A stretch of 38,971 bases of DNA from a virus: the IMG/VR virus record IMGVR_UViG_3300045391_003815, positions 1 to 38,971 of that record, one strand, 5' to 3'. A program made the translations under genes and the position numbers. The notes beneath the pieces are model-generated. The model ran no database searches. It saw only the letters and a program-made list of their open reading frames with translations, and was not told the origin of the DNA. The number at the start of each line of letters is the position of its first letter. Position 1 is the first letter of the stretch. Below are positions 17,155 through 23,348 of the stretch, in pieces.

Positions 17155-17309
17155 ACTCTTTAAAAACCCCTACCGGTTACGCTCCGGCCTCTCAGCCTGA
17201 TCGGCTGTGTCCTAGTAGACTAGACGAAGGGATATACAACCACCGGCAGTTTCGAAAGCTGCTATGCAATCCGAGGACTACCTCGGCAGTGGAAGATCCG
17301 AAATTTGGC

Positions 17310-17345
17310 GACCGTGCCCCTCTGCTATCGGTTATCGGCACGGTC
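17310..17345 (-). terminator. Candidate weak terminator or processing hairpin
   Basis: 9-bp stem gaccgtgcc / ggcacggtc with an 18-nt loop, 39 nt after the stop of the 232-aa gene; the following AAAUUU tract is weak. Confidence 0.3.
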
Positions 17346-17383
17346 TCGCAACTTAACGGTTAACTTCGTTAAGCCGTAGCAGC

Positions 17384-18082
17384 CTACTTACAAATCAAAT
17401 CGTACAGCTTGGGCGCGATCTTAGGTGCTACCCAGCGATCCATGGCAAACTCAGTCACCATGCCAATGGGGCTGCAGATAAAGAACGTGCCAGCTCCATA
17501 GGTAGCGACATCACAGGTGATAACCGTAACCCAGTAGGTCACCACGGGCGCCAGGCCCCGGTAGTTGGGGTCATGGATGAAGTGCAGCTCAAACTCGATC
17601 TCACCCTCATCACAGGGACTGAACACGACTGGGATGGCATAGTTGATTGTCTTGATGTCAGACAGCCTCAGGGCATAGCAGATCTCATGGCCCAGAGCTG
17701 CTTCGATCTTGTCATAGACACCAGCCAGCCACTGCGACAGCGGCTTAAAGTCACCGATGTTCCGGCCTCCCTGCATATAGGCCTGGAACTCAGGGCGATG
17801 CTGATCCCACTCTTTCGAGAGCTGCTGTGCCAGAGCCTTCTCACCCTTCCGCCGCAGGTTCATGTAGGCAATCTTCATCATGCCGTGCAGAGACTGGTCA
17901 GTCATATCCGCAAGCTTGGCACGGGAGTACATCTTGTTCCCTAGCTTCTCAGCACGACGATTACCTTCCTCCTGCTCCTTGGCAGTGAACTGGCCATTGC
18001 CGTGGATCTCCTGGTACAGCTGCTCTTTAGTGGCAGCAAAGCTGGTAACAGACACTAGGAATAGGGCCAGGACTAACTTCAT
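17384..18082 (-). CDS. Secreted protein of unknown function (232 aa)
   Basis: Signal peptide MKLVLALFLVSVTSFAA; GGAG RBS 7 nt upstream. Confidence 0.7.
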   Translation of the reverse strand: MKLVLALFLVSVTSFAATKEQLYQEIHGNGQFTAKEQEEGNRRAEKLGNKMYSRAKLADMTDQSLHGMMKIAYMNLRRKGEKALAQQLSKEWDQHRPEFQAYMQGGRNIGDFKPLSQWLAGVYDKIEAALGHEICYALRLSDIKTINYAIPVVFSPCDEGEIEFELHFIHDPNYRGLAPVVTYWVTVITCDVATYGAGTFFICSPIGMVTEFAMDRWVAPKIAPKLYDLICK

Positions 18083-18177
18083 TATTTTCTCCTTAGGATA
18101 ACGCTTCAGCGCACACTACAGACATCAAGGCTACAGCGAGGCCGAATAGCATCAAGAACATAACTTCAACCATCGGT

Positions 18178-18321
18178 TTAGCAACCCTCTTCGTCTTCAA
18201 AGATCTCATCTATCGCATCCTCCAGGCCACATAGTGATTCATCAGAGAGCACAAACACCCAGAAGCCCAGGAGCAGCACGAACACGCCACCGAAGATAAT
18301 CCACTGCGTCACCTGGCTCAT
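18178..18321 (-). CDS. Small membrane protein (47 aa), below the ORF-track cutoff
   Basis: Encodes MSQVTQWIIFGGVFVLLLGFWVFVLSDESLCGLEDAIDEIFEDEEGC. Its ATG overlaps the TGA of the HTH gene as ATGA. One TM helix is followed by an acidic tail. Confidence 0.45.
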   Translation of the reverse strand: MSQVTQWIIFGGVFVLLLGFWVFVLSDESLCGLEDAIDEIFEDEEGC

Positions 18322-18569
18322 AGCTCACCCACAGCGCCAGGGATGGCTTCAGTCTCTAGGATGAACACTAGCCGGGCTAGCACACTCTGCCGCAGCTTCT
18401 TCTGGCGACCAGAGAAGAGGCGTTGCAGTGTGGTCCTATGCATGCCTGTCTGCTCAGCTACCCACCACATCTTGAGGCCAGACTGACGCATCATGGCAAC
18501 AAGCTGGCTAGTGGGGGCGGCGACGAGGCGGTCCTGTTCTGGCACTACTGGCAGGGCAGCTCCAATCAT
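18318..18569 (-). CDS. HTH transcriptional regulator (83 aa)
   Basis: HTH-like MWWVAEQTGMHRTTLQRLFSGRQ; 4-nt overlap with the upstream ORF. Confidence 0.65.
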   Translation of the reverse strand: MIGAALPVVPEQDRLVAAPTSQLVAMMRQSGLKMWWVAEQTGMHRTTLQRLFSGRQKKLRQSVLARLVFILETEAIPGAVGEL

Positions 18570-18826
18570 TGCACTTCCTCCTTAGTCACCACAGCGGCGA
18601 GGGGGCCGTTACAAGCCATGAAGATGCGCTTACTCACCCGCATAGCTAGGTCTTTGACTACCCCTGGCGTGGGCATGGACTGCCACATGGTGGCCAGAGT
18701 GTGGGTCATGATGCAGAAGGCCACAGTGTTGCTGTAGCCCTCCTGCCTGAACCAGTGCATCAGCTCCTTGGCACCAGTGACAGTGGTCATGGCCATTTGG
18801 TCTAGAACGTCGTTTTGATCTTCCAT
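18566..18826 (-). CDS. Hypothetical protein (86 aa)
   Basis: ORF immediately downstream of a nested inverted-repeat region. Confidence 0.55.
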   Translation of the reverse strand: MEDQNDVLDQMAMTTVTGAKELMHWFRQEGYSNTVAFCIMTHTLATMWQSMPTPGVVKDLAMRVSKRIFMACNGPLAAVVTKEEVQ

Positions 18827-18835
18827 AGTGTTAGT

Positions 18836-18920
18836 ACAGCCAGTAGAGGCTTCACCTGATAATCAGCTGGCAATTTCTTTACAATTTCCGTCTTACTAAC
18901 TATCAATCTCTACTGGCTGT
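18836..18920. promoter_or_regulatory. Nested inverted repeats (operator-like) upstream of the 86-aa/HTH gene pair
   Basis: 13-bp perfect inverted repeat acagccagtagag (18836-18848) / ctctactggctgt (18908-18920), enclosing the palindrome cacctgat-a-atcagctg (18853-18869). Confidence 0.55.
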
Positions 18921-18981
18921 GTGATGTTTGTACCAGCACTGTAGAAAATAGCAACCAGAAAAAACGAGGGATGTTGAATAT

Positions 18982-19545
18982 TTATTTGCTGCGGCGTGAC
19001 TTAGACCTGGCTTTGTTGCCGCCAGGCAGCAGGTCGCAGAGGGGATTGATCCCGCTCGGGAACTTTTCGGCCTGTTCGCTGGCTGGAGCTACGTTTTGAT
19101 CCCGCTCGGGAACACTGGGTAGCCTACAGGGACAGGGCGCAGGGGGGCGGGACAGCCAACCGCCACAGTCGTAGCAGCGACCAAGCTTATCGTGGTCAGC
19201 GGCAAGCGGGCAGCACACAACGCCAGGCACACGTGGAGACTGGCAGTAGGGGCAGCAGGAAGTGGGGGCGGTATTGAGGCTAGGCAGGGATTCAGCAGCG
19301 GCGGCAGGGGACACTGCGGCTAGGACTTCTAGTAGCTGGGTGACGGTGAGGGTGTCTAGGCGGGTGCGGATCTCTAGCTCAAGGCGCTCAGACAGCATAT
19401 CGGCTACGACCGTGGCTATGGCGTCGTTGACGCGGCGTGTCGAAATGCCCAGGGCGGCAAAGTAGGTATTTAGAGACTCGACTGCGTGCGATGTCCTGGA
19501 GGGGGGCATGAGGCCTATATAGCCCCTGTATAAACATACCGCCAC
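18982..19545 (-). CDS. First gene of the leftward unit, Cys-rich (187 aa; GTG start at 19545, alternative ATG at 19509)
   Basis: Cys clusters SCCPYCQSP...VCCPL...CYDCGG...CPC; start codon uncertain. Confidence 0.55.
   Translation of the reverse strand: MAVCLYRGYIGLMPPSRTSHAVESLNTYFAALGISTRRVNDAIATVVADMLSERLELEIRTRLDTLTVTQLLEVLAAVSPAAAAESLPSLNTAPTSCCPYCQSPRVPGVVCCPLAADHDKLGRCYDCGGWLSRPPAPCPCRLPSVPERDQNVAPASEQAEKFPSGINPLCDLLPGGNKARSKSRRSK
19046..19113. repeat. Two copies of an 18-nt perfect direct repeat, ttgatcccgctcgggaac, 50 bp apart
   Basis: Copies at 19046-19063 and 19096-19113. The unit is an imperfect palindrome and is read in two different codon phases of the host ORF (FPSGIN versus VPERDQ). 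Confidence 0.9.
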
Positions 19546-19676
19546 TATACGCAGGCTGCAGATCGCCTCACGTGTGGGCTCTATAGGCTTGCAATACGGC
19601 TAGGGGGCTCTGGGGGCAGCGTGGCGTGGCGTATAAGGGGTATTATGGACGCTAGTGTGGGGGCTATAGGCGGGAC

Positions 19677-19719
19677 TAGGCAGGCAGGCCTGTATAGGCA
19701 GGCTAGGCAAGGCTAGGCA
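19677..19719. repeat. Four TAGGCA(G/A)G repeats just upstream of the AT-rich promoter core
   Basis: TAGGCA at 19677, 19695, 19704 and 19714. Confidence 0.8.
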
Positions 19720-19731
19720 GCGTCGTATAAT
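19704..19731 (+). promoter_or_regulatory. Candidate rightward early promoter
   Basis: TAGGCA (19704-19709), 16-nt spacer, TATAAT (19726-19731); the -35 is weak. Confidence 0.4.
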
Positions 19732-19754
19732 AGTTGCCATATATGTATTGTCAT
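19727..19754 (-). promoter_or_regulatory. Candidate leftward early promoter, sharing the AT-rich core with the rightward one
   Basis: On the minus strand: ATGACA (19754-19749), 16-nt spacer, TATTAT (19732-19727). Confidence 0.4.
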
Positions 19755-19974
19755 TCAGGCCGACGGTCTGGAGCTATACTGTGTATTTCTGCAACACTGC
19801 CCCGCCACACCAAGCCACGCCCCTATACCCTGCCTATATCCCGCCACACGTCTATAGCCTGTACAGTATTCCAGCCCCGCCCTGCCACGCCCCAGCCTTA
19901 ACGCCGTGTGGCACACGCCCTGCAATCTATATAGATCGCTAGGCGCTAGTGCCTAGCACACAATGGAGTTAACA

Positions 19975-20244
19975 ATGAGTATAAACATTCCAAGGCCACG
20001 CTATAGACGTACCCAAGAACAGGCTGCAGCCGTGTTCAAAGAGATCCATATGCATCTGCAGGACTGCTGCCTCGGTTGCGGCCACGATCCCAAAGCTGCG
20101 ACCGGCGGCCTGCAGCAACACCTAGATGCTGCTAGGCACACTGCGACTGCAATTCGCTATACCAAGCCTAACTCACGCTGCAGCTTTACAGTTGCATGCC
20201 CGCAGTGCGGCCTAGATAAGCTGTTCAGCGTGCTAGTCCCTTAA
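19975..20244 (+). CDS. Small zinc-ribbon-like early protein (about 89 aa from the second ATG)
   Basis: GGAG (19965-19968) lies 6 nt upstream of the ATG at 19975. The track start at 19963 lies inside the RBS. Contains CCLGCG...CPQCG. Confidence 0.6.
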   Translation: MSINIPRPRYRRTQEQAAAVFKEIHMHLQDCCLGCGHDPKAATGGLQQHLDAARHTATAIRYTKPNSRCSFTVACPQCGLDKLFSVLVP

Positions 20245-20272
20245 ATACCCTCAGCCCCTGCCACACCTCACA

Positions 20273-20311
20273 CGCCCTAGCGTCTATAAGGATGCTAGGG
20301 CGTTTTTCTTT
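20273..20311 (+). terminator. Rho-independent terminator
   Basis: 9-bp stem cgccctagc / gctagggcg, 12-nt loop, then tttttcttt. Confidence 0.75.
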
Positions 20312-20412
20312 ACTAGCCTGTTCTATACCGCCGTGCACAAATATTATCGTATCTAAGCTAGCGAAACGCTTTGTATTCTGCCTGTTCACTGTAACGCGCT
20401 CTATAATTCCTA

Positions 20413-20440
20413 TTGCAACGCAGTGCAGCGCTGATATAAT
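20413..20440 (+). promoter_or_regulatory. Sigma-70-type promoter with extended -10
   Basis: TTGCAA (20413-20418), 16-nt spacer, TGaTATAAT (20432-20440). Confidence 0.65.
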
Positions 20441-20520
20441 CAGCACTAGGTACCCCACGGTGTGGTGCTTAGCGTGGTGCTAGGCACTATACCGGGGGGC
20501 ACAAAACAATGGAGTTAACA

Positions 20521-21159
20521 ATGAGTAAAGTTAAAGCTAAGGCCAAAGCGGCCAAACGTCCCAAGACCGTAACCCTAACCCAGGACGCGTTAGACGCGTT
20601 GATCGCTAAGGCTAGCGGTATTCAGCAGGTACCGGCCACGGCGCCTGTAGTCGAAGCGCCTAAGCCTGTAGTTGAGGCTAAGCCCGAAGCCACGGTTAAT
20701 ACCGTGCCTACGCAGGTACCGTATACTGACAAGGGCGCCCTAGCCGCACACCTTGCTAAGGCGCGCGCTGCTAAGGCAACTAAGGATCAACAGATCAAGC
20801 GCTATAAAGAGCTAGGCATTATCCCTGAGGATGCAGTGCTTAGCATGCAAGGTCTCAAGATCCTGAATGAGATAATGCAGCTAGCGGATCGCAACGGCAG
20901 CCCTGTTCTCGGCGTAGACCAACTCAAGCGCCTCAAGGGCTTAGTTGTAACAATAGGCAGCCTAGAGCAACGCCTTGAGGTGTGTGAGAAAGCCCTTAGC
21001 CTAGTGTTGCCACTGACGGTCTCTAGACCGCGTCAGATCGTGAAAGAGATAGAGCGTCCTGCTAAGCCACAGCGGGCGGCGCGTGTGGAAGAGCCCGAGA
21101 TTGAGACCGAGCCTAGCGATAATGCTAGCACGTCTTTCTGGGGATCTCTGTTCAAGTAA
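20521..21159 (+). CDS. Early protein, Lys/Ala-rich N-terminal half (about 212 aa from the second ATG)
   Basis: Has the same acaatGGAGttaacaATGagta initiation cassette as the gene at 19975. Confidence 0.65.
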   Translation: MSKVKAKAKAAKRPKTVTLTQDALDALIAKASGIQQVPATAPVVEAPKPVVEAKPEATVNTVPTQVPYTDKGALAAHLAKARAAKATKDQQIKRYKELGIIPEDAVLSMQGLKILNEIMQLADRNGSPVLGVDQLKRLKGLVVTIGSLEQRLEVCEKALSLVLPLTVSRPRQIVKEIERPAKPQRAARVEEPEIETEPSDNASTSFWGSLFK

Positions 21160-21253
21160 CACTCACACTGGAATGTACAGGCACTAGCCCGCGACTAGCT
21201 TGCTAGCCGGGCTAGGCATACGGCGTATGCCAAAAGCCTGTTAACTCCAGGCT

Positions 21254-21318
21254 AGAGCCCTAAACAACGCACTGCGGTACCGAATACCCCTAGGCGTTGT
21301 TTAGGGCTCTTTTGTTTT
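21254..21318 (+). terminator. Strong rho-independent terminator
   Basis: Perfect 17-bp stem agagccctaaacaacgc / gcgttgtttagggctct, 23-nt loop, then tttgtttt; two smaller hairpins precede it at 21184-21231. Confidence 0.75.
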
Positions 21319-21325
21319 ATGGGGT

Positions 21326-21548
21326 ACCCTAACCCATGCCCCCGCCCCCGCCGACGCCCTATATCCAATCCTGGACGCTATACCGCCCCGTTCTAACCCG
21401 CCCCACGGCCTATATCGCCCTATACCGCGTCCCGTCCCCCCGTCCCTGCAGCTGCCACGTCCGACTAGCCGCGTCCCCGTTGCCTTAGCGGGCTAGCCCT
21501 GATCGTTTGATCAAAGTGTTGACGGACGCCCCGCCCCGCCCTATACCC
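21326..21548 (+). repeat. C-rich, G-poor tract with repeated CCCGCCCC and C(C/G)CTATA(T/C)C units
   Basis: CTATA units at 21357-21366, 21377-21384, 21409-21416, 21418-21426 and 21539-21548, all in the same orientation. Confidence 0.8.
21519..21547 (+). promoter_or_regulatory. Candidate promoter for the downstream early genes
   Basis: TTGACG (21519-21524), 17-nt spacer, TATACC (21542-21547); preceded by palindrome tttgatcaaa carrying two GATC sites; the -10 is weak. Confidence 0.4.
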
Positions 21549-21736
21549 GACTAGCGCGCTGTTTATATCAGCGCGGGTACCATGCCGATAAGGGGGCCCT
21601 TCGGACGTCCGGGGGGCCCCTGATACGTGCCCGTAGATCGGGGCTAGGGCTGTTGCGGGTATTCCCACACTCTACGTCCCGTTTAGTTGAGGGGCCCGCT
21701 AGTTCAGGTGAACAGGCTCTAGTCCCGATCTAGGGA

Positions 21737-22083
21737 TACGTGGCTTTATAGCAGGGTATTAGGCGCGTAGCTGCATAGAGGGTCTAGGTACGTGGCCCCC
21801 TATTGTGTGGCTGTTGTGGCCACTGCCTAGTGCCCTGCTATATACGCACGTGTCTAGAGCGCTGCTATAGGCTTGCTTGTTTCCCACTGTGTAGCTCCCC
21901 TACACAGACTGATGGCCCATAGCAGCGCTATAGGTATGTACGTTGTGTACGTGGCCTATAGATCCCCACGGCAGAGTACGTGTACGTAGCTCATCCGGCG
22001 ATTAAACAACACTGGGTGCTGGTTCGGGTTGGTGTACGTGTGCTCTGTACGTGGGCTGTTCTTTGACAATGGAGGTGTACGTG
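21737..22083 (+). repeat. Iteron-like array of (G)TACGT(G/T/A) motifs, all in one orientation
   Basis: Copies at 21737, 21788, 21938, 21947, 21976, 21982, 22034, 22047 and 22077, of which six are exact GTACGTG. CACGTG also occurs at 21847 and TACGTG at 21624. Confidence 0.85.
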
Positions 22084-22437
22084 AAGACTCAACGAAAGGG
22101 TTTGCACATGGTCTGCATAGGGGACATGGCCGTTGCTGAGCTACACGGCAGCCAGATCTGTACGTTTAATCGTAGAGAAAGGCTGCTGATGATAGGGCAC
22201 TTTGGCTGGCCCACAGCTAGTACCGCTAAGGCGATCAACGCTTTTTTCGAGCGGTACGAGATCAGGGGCAGAGCCTATAAGCGTGGTGAAAACGTGTACG
22301 TGGATATAGAGGGTTGCTGCAAGGAATTCACTCTGGCAGCTAGCCCTGCAATCCTGGATCTGGATGAGTATCAGATCCCTGAGTGCACAGTGTACTGGCC
22401 TACGAAAAAGGACGGCTTGGAGGTGGGCAATGGCTGA
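22069..22437 (+). CDS. Hypothetical early protein (about 122 aa; start at ATG 22069 or GTG 22081)
   Basis: GGAGG (22071-22075) lies 5 nt upstream of the GTG at 22081; contains IGHFGWPTASTAKAINAF. Confidence 0.55.
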   Translation: MEVYVKTQRKGLHMVCIGDMAVAELHGSQICTFNRRERLLMIGHFGWPTASTAKAINAFFERYEIRGRAYKRGENVYVDIEGCCKEFTLAASPAILDLDEYQIPECTVYWPTKKDGLEVGNG

Positions 22438-22699
22438 CTACCAAGCTGTACTAGCTGACGTAGAGTCAGGGACTAGCGTTAAAGAGGCTGTGCTCAAGCA
22501 CGGCGGTAGCGTGGGCTCGTACTACGCCTGGAAGTCTAAGCAAAAGGCTGGCAAGCCTAAGACTAGGAAACCCAAGGTAACTACCCTGGAACTACCCGGT
22601 CTTGGCCTGTCTGGCCCTAGCCTGGAGATCCGTGGTGAGCCTGAGTCTCTAGCTAGCTTCCTAGTGTTCCTAGGCAAGAAGCTAGGGGGTGGGCAATGA
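22430..22699 (+). CDS. IS66 Orf1 (TnpA)-like HTH protein (89 aa)
   Basis: GGAGG lies 6 nt upstream of the ATG at 22430, and the ATG overlaps the upstream stop. N-terminal HTH is GTSVKEAVLKHGGSVGSYYAWKSK. C-terminal TLELPGLGLSGPSLEIRGEPESLASFLVFL resembles the IS66 Orf1 C-terminal pattern. Confidence 0.5.
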   Translation: MADYQAVLADVESGTSVKEAVLKHGGSVGSYYAWKSKQKAGKPKTRKPKVTTLELPGLGLSGPSLEIRGEPESLASFLVFLGKKLGGGQ

Positions 22700-22920
22700 A
22701 CGATAGGCCACGGTATAGCCGTACTCTCAAGTCATCATCCTACTCAATCTGGTACAACAACACTGCCGTAGGTATCACCATCAACGCGGTAGGCGATGCC
22801 TTAACCGTCAGCTGGCATGAGTGTTTCGAAGACGGTACCCACAGCCCTGATACGCCTTGGTCTGAGCTAAACGATGACCAAAAGCTAACAGTGCTTAAGA
22901 CAGTCTGGAGACACGCATGA
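22696..22920 (+). CDS. Hypothetical protein (74 aa)
   Basis: 4-nt overlaps with both neighbours; shares the initiation string ggtgggcaATG with the previous gene. Confidence 0.55.
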   Translation: MNDRPRYSRTLKSSSYSIWYNNTAVGITINAVGDALTVSWHECFEDGTHSPDTPWSELNDDQKLTVLKTVWRHA

Positions 22921-23258
22921 CACGACTGATCCGCATCTTCCAGGATGCTGACCTACGCTGCAGTGACCTAGGTCTAACTGAGCTAGCTGAAAAGGCTAAG
23001 ATCAAGACTGACGAATTGCAGCCAGGCGAGATCCTGATCTTCGTCAACGTCAAGGCTACCATGGTGAAAGTGCTAGCTAACTCTGGCTATGGGCTTGTCT
23101 ACGCTGGCTATCGCAGTCAGCACGGCAGGCTGGAGCGCAGAGCGCTGAAGCACATTCCCGCTGCTTTCGGTGGTGGAGTGATCAACTATGACAAGGCACT
23201 AGCTGCAACCCTAGAAGAACTTCTTCCTGACAAGAAACGCCGATCAGACAAACCCTAG
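22917..23258 (+). CDS. IS66 Orf2 (TnpB)-like protein (113 aa)
   Basis: Size and the pattern DLRCSDLGLTELA...LQPGEILIFVNVKATMVKVLANSGYGLVYAGYR resemble IS66 Orf2 (DMR..gLa...P.sGhlFvF.nrr.d.lKvL.wd..G). Confidence 0.45.
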   Translation: MTRLIRIFQDADLRCSDLGLTELAEKAKIKTDELQPGEILIFVNVKATMVKVLANSGYGLVYAGYRSQHGRLERRALKHIPAAFGGGVINYDKALAATLEELLPDKKRRSDKP

Positions 23259-23348
23259 ATTCAGACAAGGCGGCGTTCCTTCTTGTCCAGCCTGGCCCCG
23301 TTTTCTCCTCTGGGGCCGGGCTGTTCTACCTCCATATTAACTGAAAGG

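Noticed and set aside
19551-19562. CACTATA strings (19551 region, 20484 region, 24192 region) and CTATAG cores that resemble T7/SP6/K11-type single-subunit RNAP promoters.
   Set aside because: No single-subunit RNA polymerase gene is present, and none of the large ORFs shows RNAP motifs. The upstream promoter specificity regions are not conserved between copies.
19748-19942. Track ORFs inside ORF-free regions: 19748..19942 (+), 20225..20458 (-), 20292..20483 (+), 21465..21668 (-), 23802..24005 (+) and 24124..24366 (+).
   Set aside because: They use TTG/GTG or unsupported starts, lack an SD, give Pro/Arg/Cys-rich or otherwise implausible translations, and overlap terminators, promoters and repeat arrays.
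21986-22032. tRNA-like fragments (TAGCTCA D-loop-like and GGTTCGGGTT T-loop-like strings).
   Set aside because: No acceptor stem can be formed because the flanks are direct GTGTACG repeats rather than complementary sequences. The spacing is also too short for a cloverleaf.
22057-22069. tgttctttgacaa resembles the rrn/lambda boxA antitermination element (tgctctttaacaa).
   Set aside because: It is a single copy with two mismatches and no adjacent boxB-like hairpin, and it overlaps the translation initiation region. It could be chance.
21737-22083. Possible CRISPR-like array, considered because of the many short repeats.
   Set aside because: The repeat unit is only 7-10 nt, the spacing is irregular, some copies overlap, and no cas genes are present.
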